From a virus (Duplodnaviria > Heunggongvirae > Uroviricota > Caudoviricetes): a stretch of DNA of 31,416 nt. Below are positions 8,377 through 18,600 of the stretch, in pieces (positions within the stretch are counted from its first letter, which is position 1; each line of letters begins with the position of its first letter). The stretch is taken from positions 1-31,416 of IMG/VR virus record IMGVR_UViG_2757320620_000001; one strand, 5' to 3'. The translations under genes and the position numbers were made by a program. A model generated the notes under the pieces. It saw nothing but the letters and a program-made list of their open reading frames with translations, was not told the origin of the DNA and made no database searches.

Positions 8377-11300
8377 ATGACTGCGATTAAGGTTGAACTG
8401 GAACTGGTGGACGGCTCGTTCACGACGCGCATGCTGCACGCCGGCGAGACGATTGAACAGTTCAACCGCAATGTCGCTCGCTCCTCGCCGGCGCTGCGCC
8501 GGATGGCCCAGGACGGCACGCTCGTCATTCGCTCGATGGAAAAAGCGCAGGAGGCCGGCAAGGGCTTCCTGTCGACCCTGCGCGACGTCTCGATCGTCAC
8601 CACGGCCGTCTCCGTCGGCTTCAACAAGATCATCAATATCCAGGATACCTGGATCGGCGCCGTCGTGCGCACCAATGCGGAATTCCAGCGTCTCACGACC
8701 ATGCTGCGCGGCATGTCTGATGCGGCCGATCCGATCAAGGATGCAGCCGGCCAGCTCGACAACCTCGTCAACATGGCGAAGGAAGCGCCTTTCAGCCTCG
8801 ACAAGATCGCCGACAGCTTCACCAAGCTAAAGGCCACCGGCACCGATCCGATGAAGGGTTCGCTGCAGGCGATCATGGATGGCGTCGCTCACTTCGGTAA
8901 GGACGGCGAGGCGCTCGAGCGCACCGTCCTCGGTATCTCCCAGGCGTCCGGTAAGGGCGTCATCCAGATGGAAGAGCTTCGCCAGCAGATCGGTGAGTCC
9001 CTTCCGCAGGCCATGGGTCTGATGGCCGCCTCGATGGGCGTCTCTATGGCGAGCCTCGTCAAGCATATCTCGACCGGCCGTATGGCTGCCGGCCCGGCGC
9101 TCGATGCCTTCTACCAGGAGCTCGATCGCTCCTTCGGTGGCGACGCCGCGCGCATGATGCAGACCTTCGGTGGTCAAATCGCCCGGACCAAGACCGAGTT
9201 GCAGGAATTTGCCCAGATCATCGGTGGTATCGACAAGGCGACCGGCGAGGCGAACAAGGGCGGCTTCTTCGACACCGTGACTGAACAGGTGCGCGCGCTC
9301 AATGAAGCGCTGGCGTCCTCGGGCGGCCAGGTGTTCGCCCAGCAGATCGGCCAGTCCCTCGCGTCGGTCGCCAAAGGTCTGCAATATATCATCGAGAAGG
9401 CCATCGAGTTCCGTTCCGCGATCGGCAACATGGTCGAGTTTGCAGCCTGGATTGCCGGCCTGAAGATCGCCGCATCCGTGATGTCCTCGGTCAGCGCCGG
9501 CTACACGACGCTCACCCGCGGCCTCGACATGATCAAGCTGAAGTTTGCAGACGCAAACACGATGCTGAGCGCCCACCAGAACGCGCTGCGCAACACTGCA
9601 GTGGGTTACGAGAGCGTCGACAGGATCGCGCGTATGCAGGCCGCTGTGGGCATGCGTGCGGTCGCTTCGGCTGCCATGAGCATCGTGCCGGTCGCCGGCG
9701 TGCTCGGTCTGGCAATCTACGAGATCGCCGATGCCTTTGACATCTTCGGCAACCGCGGCCGCGAGGCGATCGAAACCCTGCGCGAATTCGGCGATGTCGC
9801 CAAGGATCAGCTGCCGAACGCCCAGAAGGATATCGCCCGGCGCCAGGCCGATCTCGCTAAGGAAATGGCTCAGATCCGCTACGGCGCTGAGCATGCCGTT
9901 CGCTTCGGCAAGCAGAGCGATCGCAAGGCTGCGATCGAGGATGAAATCAAGGCCGAAATGGAGAAGGCGGACATTGCCGGACGCCAGGCTCAGATCGACC
10001 GCGATAACTTCCTGCTGAAGGAAGCCCAGAACAAAGCTCTCGAGCAGGACGCCAAGAAGGCATCCGAGCTCGCATTGCGTGACCTCGATCGCCAGGCGGC
10101 CGCTGACCAGCGCGCCTATCAGATCAAGCGCGAAAATATCCAGAAGGAAATGGATGATCGCGTCGCCAAGGCCAAGGTCACCGGCGAGAAGATCGAGGAT
10201 CTCGACAAGGAACGCGCCGCAAAGCTGATGGCGAACGCGGCCGAGCTCTACACCAAGCAGCAGGAGCAGCTGCAGAGCGCCGTCAACGACCTCTGGGCCA
10301 AGAATGGCACCGGCCCGATGCAGCTGACCAATCAGTTGCAGCTGGACGAGCTGCTGAAGCGCATCGACGAGACCCGCGAGAAAATGAGCAGCCTGCGGGT
10401 CAACGGCACCATGCCGGACCTCGGCCAGACCTCGAATGCGGCAAAGCAGCTCGATAGCCTGCAGAAGGTCTTCGACCGCACCAATGACGACGTTGCCGGC
10501 CTCGAAGACAAGCTGAACGGCGCAAACGACGAGCTCGGCGAATTCCTCGCAAAGCTCGCCCGCGGCGCCTATGGCAACCCCGCCAATGAGCAGGTCCAGG
10601 CGCTGGCTGCCAGCATCACCGAGCTGATGAAGCGCAAGGCTGCGCTCGAGGAAATGAACAAGGGCGCCAACGATCTCCAGACGGATATCGAAAACGCCCG
10701 CATGAAGATCCTTGAAAAGCGCGTCGAGCTCGAGGAGAAGGCCCGCGGTCGCGAGCTGACCGAGGGTGAAAAGATCCAGATGAAGCTCGAGCAGGGCGGC
10801 TATAAGGGTCTCGGCCCGAACTCGCCGGCCATGACCGCGCTCTCCGACGCCATCAAGGGTCTGACGCTGCAGGGCCGCGTCACCGATGCGCTCGGCACCT
10901 CGATCGACAAGACCTTCGGCCAGACGGCTGCCGACAAGATCACCACGCTGAACGACGTCCTGTCGCGCACGCTCGGCATCATGACCGGGATCGGCAGCTC
11001 GGTGAACGGCGTCGACTTCAGCCGGATGAGCCAGAGCCTGTCGACGCTCGGCACCGGTGGCATGAACGGCCCGCTGCAGGGCATGATGGGCTTCTCCGGC
11101 GCTGCGACGTCCGGCGCCAACCTGATGTCGAAGAACATGGGCGTGTTCGGCGACCCGCGTTCGGCCGGCTGGAAGGACAATAACATCACCTCGGTGATGA
11201 CCTCGAATGGCATGACCGTCCAGGTTCACAAGGCGGCTGCGGACGCCTTCAAGGGCTTCCTCGACGAGCTGATCGGCTCCGGCTACAAGATCAAGTCGCT

Positions 11301-13131
11301 CGGCGGCTACAACCTGCGTGACAAGGTCAGCGGCAAGGGCCTGTCTGAGCATGCCTTCGGCAATGCGATCGACATCAACCCCGAGCAGAACCCCTACGGC
11401 TCGAAGCTGATCACCGATATGCCGGCGAACATTCGCGAGATGGCAGCCAAGCACGGCCTCTCCTGGGGCGGCGACTGGAAGTCGGTCAAGGATGCGATGC
11501 ATTTCGAGTGGAAGGGCAGCGGCAAGGGCGAGGCACAGCCGCCCTTCGACATCAACAATCCGTTCTACATCAACAATCCGTTCGCCGGCTCGTCGGTCAC
11601 CGATACGAGCGCCGTCTACGCCGAAGGCAATGTCTACCTCGAGAAGCGCAATCAGCTGCTCGCGGCAGCCAAGGTCGCGACCGAAGGCCTGACCGAGGAA
11701 GAAAACAAGCTCAACGAGGACACCAAGGCCCAGGCCGGCGTCGACAAGAAGACCGAGCTGGTGCGGATGATCGACGAGGCCAAGGAAAGCCTTGACGGTC
11801 TCGACAAGAACTATCGCGCCGTTTCCAAGCTGATCGCTGCCGGTAAATTCGGCGACAAGAGCCCGGAGACCGCACAGAACAAGGAACTGCTGCGCCTGGC
11901 CCAGGAGCTCGACGCGGCCGAGAAGAAGCGCGCCGATCGCAAGGAAGCATCCGGCAACATCGAGAACAACGAGATCCAGCTCAAGCAGCAGGAGCTTGCC
12001 CTGCAGCGTCAGATCGAGGAGCTCAAGGCGAAAGCCAAGAACCCGAACGTGCGCCTGGAAAGCAACGGCCTGATCCAGCTGCGCGACGACATGGACAAAT
12101 ATCTCCGTGACGTCGAGACCGTCTATACCAAGGACAGCGAGCAGTATCGCGCGGCGATCGACAAGAAGCACCAGGCGCTCAGCATGTTCGGCCAGACCGA
12201 ACTGCTCGAGGACGTCTCGCGCTCCAACCAGAAGACCCGCAACCTGCAGCAGAGCCTGATGACCGAAGCCCAGGCCCGGCGCTCGGCGATGCAGCAGGAG
12301 CTCGACCAGGTCGACCAGAGGGTCGCCTACTACAAGCAGGCGGGTCTGCTCGATGTCTCCTCGACCGAGCAATTCGAGGCTGAAAAGGCTGCCATCCGGC
12401 AGAAATATGCCGCACAGGATCCGATGAGCGCGCAGATGCGCGAATGGAGCGATCTGCAGGGCAATCTCGCCAAGGCTTCGACGCAGTGGACCGATTCGCT
12501 TGCCGACGGGCTGGCCGGCCTGGTTACGGGCACCGGCGACCTGAAGAGCATGATGCAGTCCCTGCAGCAGATCGCCCAGCAGATCGTCAGCATGTTCATC
12601 AAGAAGATGATGTCCGGCATGATGTCTGGAAAGACGGGCGCGGGCGGTATGGGCGGCAAAGCTTCGAAGGGCGCAAAGGGTGCGTCCGGCGCCGGTGGCA
12701 AGGCTGCGAAGGCGACCGTCGGCATGGCGCACACCGGCGCGATGCTCGGCCAGGGCGTGTCGATGAGCCGCGTCGTCAATCCGAACGTCTTCAAGAACGC
12801 CAGAAAGTTCCACTCGGGCGCCAACAAGATCGGCGGACGCCGGCTGCTGCCCGGCGAGGTGCCGATCATCGCCAAGAAGGACGAGGGCATCTTCACCAAG
12901 GAGCAGATGGCTGCGATGGGCAACCAGATGTCTTCGGGCGGTGGCAGTCAGACGATCTCGATCAACGCGCCGGTCACGGTCAACGCCAATGGTGGCACGC
13001 CTGAACAAAACGCTGATCTCGCCAAGCAGATCGGCGCCCAGATGGAAGGCACCATGCGCGGCGTCGTCATTGACGAGATTTCGCGCCAGATGCGTCCAGG
13101 CAACATGCTCTCTGCAGGAAAGGGTAGATAA
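8377..13131 (+). CDS. Tape measure protein, 1584 aa, with an internal M15-family peptidase domain
   Basis: N-terminal TMP domain (KGVIQMEELRQQIGESLP), long helical body and lambda-type C-terminus (ARKFHSG...GEVPIIAKKDE). M15 motifs: GGYNLR, SEHAFGNAIDIN, WGGDW..KDAMHFE. Confidence 0.92.
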   Translation: MTAIKVELELVDGSFTTRMLHAGETIEQFNRNVARSSPALRRMAQDGTLVIRSMEKAQEAGKGFLSTLRDVSIVTTAVSVGFNKIINIQDTWIGAVVRTNAEFQRLTTMLRGMSDAADPIKDAAGQLDNLVNMAKEAPFSLDKIADSFTKLKATGTDPMKGSLQAIMDGVAHFGKDGEALERTVLGISQASGKGVIQMEELRQQIGESLPQAMGLMAASMGVSMASLVKHISTGRMAAGPALDAFYQELDRSFGGDAARMMQTFGGQIARTKTELQEFAQIIGGIDKATGEANKGGFFDTVTEQVRALNEALASSGGQVFAQQIGQSLASVAKGLQYIIEKAIEFRSAIGNMVEFAAWIAGLKIAASVMSSVSAGYTTLTRGLDMIKLKFADANTMLSAHQNALRNTAVGYESVDRIARMQAAVGMRAVASAAMSIVPVAGVLGLAIYEIADAFDIFGNRGREAIETLREFGDVAKDQLPNAQKDIARRQADLAKEMAQIRYGAEHAVRFGKQSDRKAAIEDEIKAEMEKADIAGRQAQIDRDNFLLKEAQNKALEQDAKKASELALRDLDRQAAADQRAYQIKRENIQKEMDDRVAKAKVTGEKIEDLDKERAAKLMANAAELYTKQQEQLQSAVNDLWAKNGTGPMQLTNQLQLDELLKRIDETREKMSSLRVNGTMPDLGQTSNAAKQLDSLQKVFDRTNDDVAGLEDKLNGANDELGEFLAKLARGAYGNPANEQVQALAASITELMKRKAALEEMNKGANDLQTDIENARMKILEKRVELEEKARGRELTEGEKIQMKLEQGGYKGLGPNSPAMTALSDAIKGLTLQGRVTDALGTSIDKTFGQTAADKITTLNDVLSRTLGIMTGIGSSVNGVDFSRMSQSLSTLGTGGMNGPLQGMMGFSGAATSGANLMSKNMGVFGDPRSAGWKDNNITSVMTSNGMTVQVHKAAADAFKGFLDELIGSGYKIKSLGGYNLRDKVSGKGLSEHAFGNAIDINPEQNPYGSKLITDMPANIREMAAKHGLSWGGDWKSVKDAMHFEWKGSGKGEAQPPFDINNPFYINNPFAGSSVTDTSAVYAEGNVYLEKRNQLLAAAKVATEGLTEEENKLNEDTKAQAGVDKKTELVRMIDEAKESLDGLDKNYRAVSKLIAAGKFGDKSPETAQNKELLRLAQELDAAEKKRADRKEASGNIENNEIQLKQQELALQRQIEELKAKAKNPNVRLESNGLIQLRDDMDKYLRDVETVYTKDSEQYRAAIDKKHQALSMFGQTELLEDVSRSNQKTRNLQQSLMTEAQARRSAMQQELDQVDQRVAYYKQAGLLDVSSTEQFEAEKAAIRQKYAAQDPMSAQMREWSDLQGNLAKASTQWTDSLADGLAGLVTGTGDLKSMMQSLQQIAQQIVSMFIKKMMSGMMSGKTGAGGMGGKASKGAKGASGAGGKAAKATVGMAHTGAMLGQGVSMSRVVNPNVFKNARKFHSGANKIGGRRLLPGEVPIIAKKDEGIFTKEQMAAMGNQMSSGGGSQTISINAPVTVNANGGTPEQNADLAKQIGAQMEGTMRGVVIDEISRQMRPGNMLSAGKGR
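11549..11583 (+). repeat. 18-bp-period tandem duplication inside the tape measure gene
   Basis: ACATCAACAATCCGTTC at 11549-11565 and 11567-11583 (DINNPF/YINNPF). Confidence 0.8.
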
Positions 13132-13488
13132 ATGGCACTTCCGACCTTCACACCGCCCATTCAGCCGTCGCCGGGTATCGGCCGCAAGACCAAATACAAC
13201 CTCCTCGAAGCTGACTTCGGGGAGGGCTACAGCCAGCCGACGCGCAACGGCATCAATCACCGCAGGCGCGAGCTGACGCTTGCCTGGGAAGTCCTGACCG
13301 ACGAGCAGGCCTGGGAGATCTCCGACTTCATCGATGAGCGGGGTGGCGATCTCTCCTTCTACTACACCCCGCCGCGCGAGACCCTGCCGGTCAAATGGAC
13401 CTGCAAGGACTGGGATGACACCGTCAACAGCGACGGCACCAGGAAGATCACCGCGACCTTCGTGCAATCCAACACGCACGAGGTCTAA
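13132..13488 (+). CDS. Minor tail protein, lambda gpM-like (distal tail protein)
   Basis: 'ADFGEGYSQ...NGIN' and 'FIDERGGDLSFYYTPP' directly after the tape measure. Confidence 0.88.
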   Translation: MALPTFTPPIQPSPGIGRKTKYNLLEADFGEGYSQPTRNGINHRRRELTLAWEVLTDEQAWEISDFIDERGGDLSFYYTPPRETLPVKWTCKDWDDTVNSDGTRKITATFVQSNTHEV

Positions 13489-13513
13489 ATGCCTGGTCCG
13501 ATCAAAATCTAGG

Positions 13514-13542
13514 TTGGCAGTCAGTCAATATTGATTTACCAT
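13514..13542 (+). promoter_or_regulatory. Palindrome copy 7 (13520-13539, GTCAGTCAATATTGATTTAC) filling the spacer of a putative sigma70 promoter
   Basis: TTGGCA (13514-13519), 17 bp, TACCAT (13537-13542). Confidence 0.75.
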
Positions 13543-13567
13543 TGTGGCTCTTCATCCAGGAGCCACA
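13543..13567 (+). promoter_or_regulatory. Hairpin pairing with the SD and start of the gpL-like gene
   Basis: TGTGGCTC (13543-13550) pairs with GAGCCACA (13560-13567), which includes part of AGGAG and the A of the ATG. Confidence 0.55.
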
Positions 13568-14277
13568 TGGTTACGATTTACCAGACCGCGCAGAGCCTAA
13601 ACCCAGGCGAATACGTCTCGCTGTTCCGATTGGACGCCACGTCCGTCGGTGGCGGGATGTTTTATTTTGTCCAGGGCCGGGTCGAAGGCGGCGCGATCGT
13701 CCATGACGGCATCGAATACCAGCCGGCCGACGTCGAGTTCGAAGGCTTCGAGGTCTCCGGTCAAGGCGCGCTGCCGACGCCGGTGATCCGTATTGCCAAT
13801 TCCGACGGCCTGATCCAGTCGGCCATCAATACCTATGGCGACCTGCTCGGCTGCGAAGTCCGGCGCATCCGCACCTTCCGGCAGCACCTCGACGATGGTG
13901 ACGATCCCGATCCGTCGGCGATCTTCGGCCCCGACGTGTTCAAGGTCGAGCGCAAGGCATCCGAAAACGCCGTCTACGTCGAATGGGAACTGTCGGCCGC
14001 GATCGACCAGGAAGGCAAGATGCTGCCCGGTCGCCAGGTTATCCGTGACACCTGCCTCTGGCGCTACCGCGCCTTCAACCGGAACACCGGCATCTTCGAC
14101 TATTCGAAGGCGCAATGCCGCTACACCGGCAACCAGTATTTCGACAAGCAGGATCTGCCGACCACGGCTGACAAGGACGAGCCGTCGCGCTCCGTCAACT
14201 GCTGCAAGCTTCGCTTCGGCGAGAAAAACCCGCTGCCGTTCGGTGGCTTCCCCGGTGTTGGAAGGATCAGACCATGA
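13567..14277 (+). CDS. Minor tail protein, lambda gpL-like
   Basis: SD AGGAG. Motifs 'EFEGFEVSGQGALPTPVIRIAN' and 'LPGRQVIRDTCLWRY', with C-terminal Cys residues (Fe-S ligands in lambda gpL) and 'LPFGGFPG'. Confidence 0.92.
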   Translation: MVTIYQTAQSLNPGEYVSLFRLDATSVGGGMFYFVQGRVEGGAIVHDGIEYQPADVEFEGFEVSGQGALPTPVIRIANSDGLIQSAINTYGDLLGCEVRRIRTFRQHLDDGDDPDPSAIFGPDVFKVERKASENAVYVEWELSAAIDQEGKMLPGRQVIRDTCLWRYRAFNRNTGIFDYSKAQCRYTGNQYFDKQDLPTTADKDEPSRSVNCCKLRFGEKNPLPFGGFPGVGRIRP

Positions 14278-15029
14278 TTTTTACGGACGCTGTCATCAGC
14301 GCCGCGCAGGCACATGCGCGCCAGGTTTTCCCGCAGGAGAGCTGCGGCATCGTTGTCGGCGGCCAGTATATGCGCTGCCGCAACATCGCTGAAGATCCGA
14401 CGCAGGACTTCGCGATCCATCCGGCCGACTACAAGAACGCCATCCGCACCGGCAAGATGCAGGCGATCGTTCACTCGCACCCGAACGGCCCGCTGCATCC
14501 CTCCAAGCTCGACATGATCGGCCAGATCAAGTCCGACCTGCCGTGGGCGATCATTCCGCTCGACGAAGACCGTATGGGCCGGCCGATCGTCTGGGGCGAC
14601 GACAGCAATATCCCGCCGCTGCTCGGCCGCGAGTTCGTGCCTGGCGTCACCGACTGCTTCGCGCTGATCCGCGACGTCTTTCGCCTGGGTAAGGAAGGCT
14701 GTGCGGCGCAAGGCATCGACTGGCCGCTCGCACCGCACCTGATCAGCGAACAGCCGCGCGACGAGGGTTGGTGGGAGTCCGGTGAGGATCTCTACCTCGA
14801 CGGCATGGCCGGCGAAGGCTTCACCGCGGTTCCGACCTCCGATGTTCGGCCGGGCGACGTCTTTCTGCTGAAGTGGCATTCCGACAAGTTCAACCACGGT
14901 GGTGTGCTGCTGACACAGGACACGATCGCGCAGCATTTCCCCAAGCGTCTGTCGCGCCGCGAGCCGGCCGGCATCTGGGCGCGCCACGCCGAAATGTGGA
15001 TCCGCTACACGGGGAAGCCCGATGCGTAA
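14274..15029 (+). CDS. Tail assembly protein, lambda gpK-like (JAB/MPN plus NlpC/P60)
   Basis: 'PQESCG', 'HSHP..S..D', 'DCFALIRD' and 'NHGGV'. Confidence 0.92.
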   Translation: MIFTDAVISAAQAHARQVFPQESCGIVVGGQYMRCRNIAEDPTQDFAIHPADYKNAIRTGKMQAIVHSHPNGPLHPSKLDMIGQIKSDLPWAIIPLDEDRMGRPIVWGDDSNIPPLLGREFVPGVTDCFALIRDVFRLGKEGCAAQGIDWPLAPHLISEQPRDEGWWESGEDLYLDGMAGEGFTAVPTSDVRPGDVFLLKWHSDKFNHGGVLLTQDTIAQHFPKRLSRREPAGIWARHAEMWIRYTGKPDA

Positions 15030-15618
15030 GGTCTATCTGCACGGCGAGCTCGGCGCACGCTTCGGTTACGAGTTCGACATGGAAGTCGAAACGGCTGCCG
15101 AAGCCGTGCGCGCGCTCTGCGTCAACTTCCGCGGCTTCGAGCAGGCGATGCGCGCCGGCGAGTTCCACGTCGTCCGTGGCAATGACATCGATACCGGCCG
15201 CGATCTCGACCTCGAGCTCTGCTCCTCCTACCGGCTCGGCAAGGCGCCGCTGCACATTGCGCCGCACATTGCCGGCTCCAAGCGGGGCGGGCTGCTGAAG
15301 GTCGTTCTCGGCGTCGCGCTGGTCGGCGCAGCCTTCCTGTTTTCGGGCGGTGCGCTTGCCGCACCGATCGCCGGTGGAGCGCTCGGCGGCGTCACCTACG
15401 GCAACATGGCAATTCTTGGCGTGGCGCTCGCTGTCGCCGGTGTCAGCCAGATGCTGTCGCCCGAGGAGAAGGAAGACAAGAGCGAGGACAGCTACATCTC
15501 GTCCGGCCCCGGCAGCACCTACGAGCAGGGCGGCGCGCTGCCGCTTGTCTACGGCGACGTGATCACGGGCGGCACCCTGGTGTCGGGCGGCGTCGATATC
15601 GAACAACTTGGGAACTGA
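15022..15618 (+). CDS. Tail assembly protein, lambda gpI-like
   Basis: 'VYLHGELGARFG', 'AEAVRALC', hydrophobic C-terminal half and 'LPLVYG'. Confidence 0.92.
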   Translation: MRKVYLHGELGARFGYEFDMEVETAAEAVRALCVNFRGFEQAMRAGEFHVVRGNDIDTGRDLDLELCSSYRLGKAPLHIAPHIAGSKRGGLLKVVLGVALVGAAFLFSGGALAAPIAGGALGGVTYGNMAILGVALAVAGVSQMLSPEEKEDKSEDSYISSGPGSTYEQGGALPLVYGDVITGGTLVSGGVDIEQLGN

Positions 15619-15621
15619 CGA

Positions 15622-18600
15622 ATGAGCACTCAGGAAATGGAGCTCATTCGCGGCTCAAAGGGCGGTGGCAAGGGCAAGGGCGGTGGTGGCTCGAACGCAG
15701 AGAACACGCTGCGCTCGAAGGCGCGCGTGCGCATGGTCGAGATCGTGTCGGAAGGCCCCTGCGTCGGTCTGATCGACAGCCTTGGCAACGTGCTCGGCTC
15801 GAGCGTCTACGGCAAGGGCGTGCATTTCGAGCAGACGCCGGTCATCAACGAAAACAGCAGTCGGAACTTCCAGAACGTCATCATCGACCAACGCCTCGGT
15901 TATCCCGACCAGGCGCACCTGACGGGCTTTCCGCAGGTCGAGACGCCGTTTGCGGTCGACACCCAGGTCAAGGCCAACACCGGCCCGGTCGTGCGCACAA
16001 TCAACGAAGAAAACGCCGACTCCGTGCGCGTCATCATCAAGCTGCCGGCGCTCGTCAAGCAGAACAAGAAGACCGGCAAGCTCGGCACTGCGTCGGTCTC
16101 CTATGCGATCGACGTGCGCGGCTATCAAGGCAGCTGGCAGCGTGCCCATACCGAGAACCTGGTCAACCAGAAATGCGTCTCGGCCGTCCAGCGCGCCCAC
16201 CGCATCGAGCTGCCGCTCGGCGGTCATCCGTGGGATATCCGCGTTGTCCGCCTGACCGAAGACAGCGACAGCGACACGCTCTCCAACGACACCATCTTCG
16301 AGAGCTATACGGTCGTCGTCGAGGGCAAGTTCACCTATCCGCACACCGCGCTGGTCGCGTTGGAAGTTAACGCCGAGGACATGGGTCAGTCGGTGCCGGC
16401 GCGTAACTATCGCTACCGCGGCCTGATCATTTCCGTGCCGTCGAACTACAACCCGATCACCCGCACCTATTCCGGCTTCTGGGATGGCACGTTCAAGCAG
16501 GCCTGGACCAACAACCCGGCCTGGATCTTCTATGATCTGCTGACCAATGACCGCTACGGCCTTGGCGAGTTCGTCTCGCCGCAGATCGTCGACAAGTGGT
16601 CGCTCTACCATATCGCCCAGTATTGCGACGAGCAGGTCAAATCGGGCTTCAAGAACGCCGACACCGGCCTGCCGATCTATGAGCCCCGCTATACCTATAA
16701 CGGCGTCCTGCGGTCGCGTGAGGACGCCTGGCGCGTGCTCCAGCAGATCTCGACGGCTTGGCGCGGCATGGCCTACTGGTCGCTCGGCCAGGTGTTTGCG
16801 ACCGCTGACATGCCGGCCGACCCGGTCAAGCTGTTCTCGCCGGCCAACGTCGTCGGCGACTTCAACTATTCCGGCACCTCGCAGAAGGCGCGCCACACGG
16901 TCGCGCTCGTCAGCTACAACAACCCGAACGACTTCTATCGTCCGGACGTCGAGCCCGTTCCGCACGAGGAAGGCCTTCGCCGCTGGGGCTGGCGCGAGAA
17001 GCAGGTGACGCTCGCCGGCTGCACGTCGCGCGGCCTGGCGCACCGCTATGGCAAATGGATCCTCGATGTCGAGCAGAACGAGACCGAGACGGTCGATTTC
17101 TCCGCATCCTGGGATTCGACCGACGTCCGGCCGGGCGACATCATCACGATCGCCGATCCTGCCAAGGCACAGATCCGCCTGGGCGGCCGCCTGAAGGCTG
17201 CCGAGGAAACTCAGCTCTGGCTCGACGGCCCCTTCGTGCCGGCTGCCGGCGAGACCTACCAGGTCTATGTCACCCTGCCGAACGGCCAGGTGAAGCTCTG
17301 CGATATCTCGCACTTCGCCAACGAGCTGTTCAAGGACGGCGAAAGCATTGGTTATGATCGCATCGTGCTGGCCGAGCCGCTCGTCGAGCTGCCGCTGGTC
17401 AACTCGATGTGGGTGATGCGTGGCACCGATGTGCAGCCGCGCTTCTACCGCATCATCACCATCAAGGAAGACAAGAAGAACATCTTCAAGATCACGGCGC
17501 TGTTCCATGATCCGAACAAGTATGCCCGCGTCGAGGATATCGGCTCGCTGCAGCCGACCTCCTACACCCGCCCGTCGAGCGAGAGCCTGCCGGTCGAGAA
17601 CCTGCAGGTTCACGAGGTCAGCTATCTCGAAAATGGGCTGCCCAAATCGACACTGACGCTCTCCTGGTCGAACCCGCGCGACTTCCTGACGAAGGAGTAT
17701 GAAGTCGCGATGCTGTCGCCCACGAGCGGCTATAACATCGTCGGCACGACGCAGAACAACTCGATCGACATCACCGAGCTGCCGATCGGCGAATACACCT
17801 TCTATGTCTACGCCATCAGCTTCTCCTCGGTGCGCTCGCAGCCGGCGACGCTGGATTATGAAATCGCCGGCTGGGCAGTTGCCGCGGCGCCGACCGTCTC
17901 GAACCTTCAGCTCGAGGACAGCGAAGACGGCGTGCATTTCTCGGGCTCAACGGCCAACATCTCCTGGTTCAACAACTTCCCGGTCACGACCTCGGTTACG
18001 GCCGACGGCGCGGCCGTCGCCAATGTCCGCAGCCCGTTCTACGACTTCAACACTGTCAAGGTCTGGGATACGACCACGGGCACGCTGCTGCGCACGCAGA
18101 AGGTCGAGAGCTCGATCTACGGCTACACCATCGAGATGAATGCAGCCGACACCAAGCGCGCGGGACTGGCCGGTCCTACCCGCACGCTGCGCTTCGACGT
18201 TACCGTGACCGACACGCTGGCGCGCGAGAGCAACCCCGCGACGATCTCGGTCTCCAACCCGACGCCGGCCGCCTTCAATCCGACCGTCTTCGTTGCCGTC
18301 AACAACCTGCATGTGTCGTTGCCGTCGCCTGTTGACACCGACTTTGCCGGCATCCTGGTCTGGATCGAGACCAATGACACGTTCGATCCCTATGCGACCA
18401 CGCCGCGTTATGACGGCGCGGGCGGCGCCTTCGTCTTCCCTGGCGAGGAGCTGCAGACCTACTATATCCGCGCGGCCGCATATGACACCTTCGGCAAGAC
18501 CGGGCTGAACATCTCGCCGGCGATCATGGTCTCGACGACGGCGATGTTTGAGACCGATCCGCCTGCGATCCCGACAGGCCTGGCTGTCACCACGAGCTTC

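Noticed and set aside
8827-13479. 1550-aa minus-strand ORF, and similar long antisense ORFs at 1072-2643, 2764-4521, 15655-17937, 17947-19512 and 24096-25754
   Set aside because: They mirror well-supported plus-strand genes, show no motifs, and are the expected shadow of GC-rich codon bias that suppresses stops on the opposite strand.
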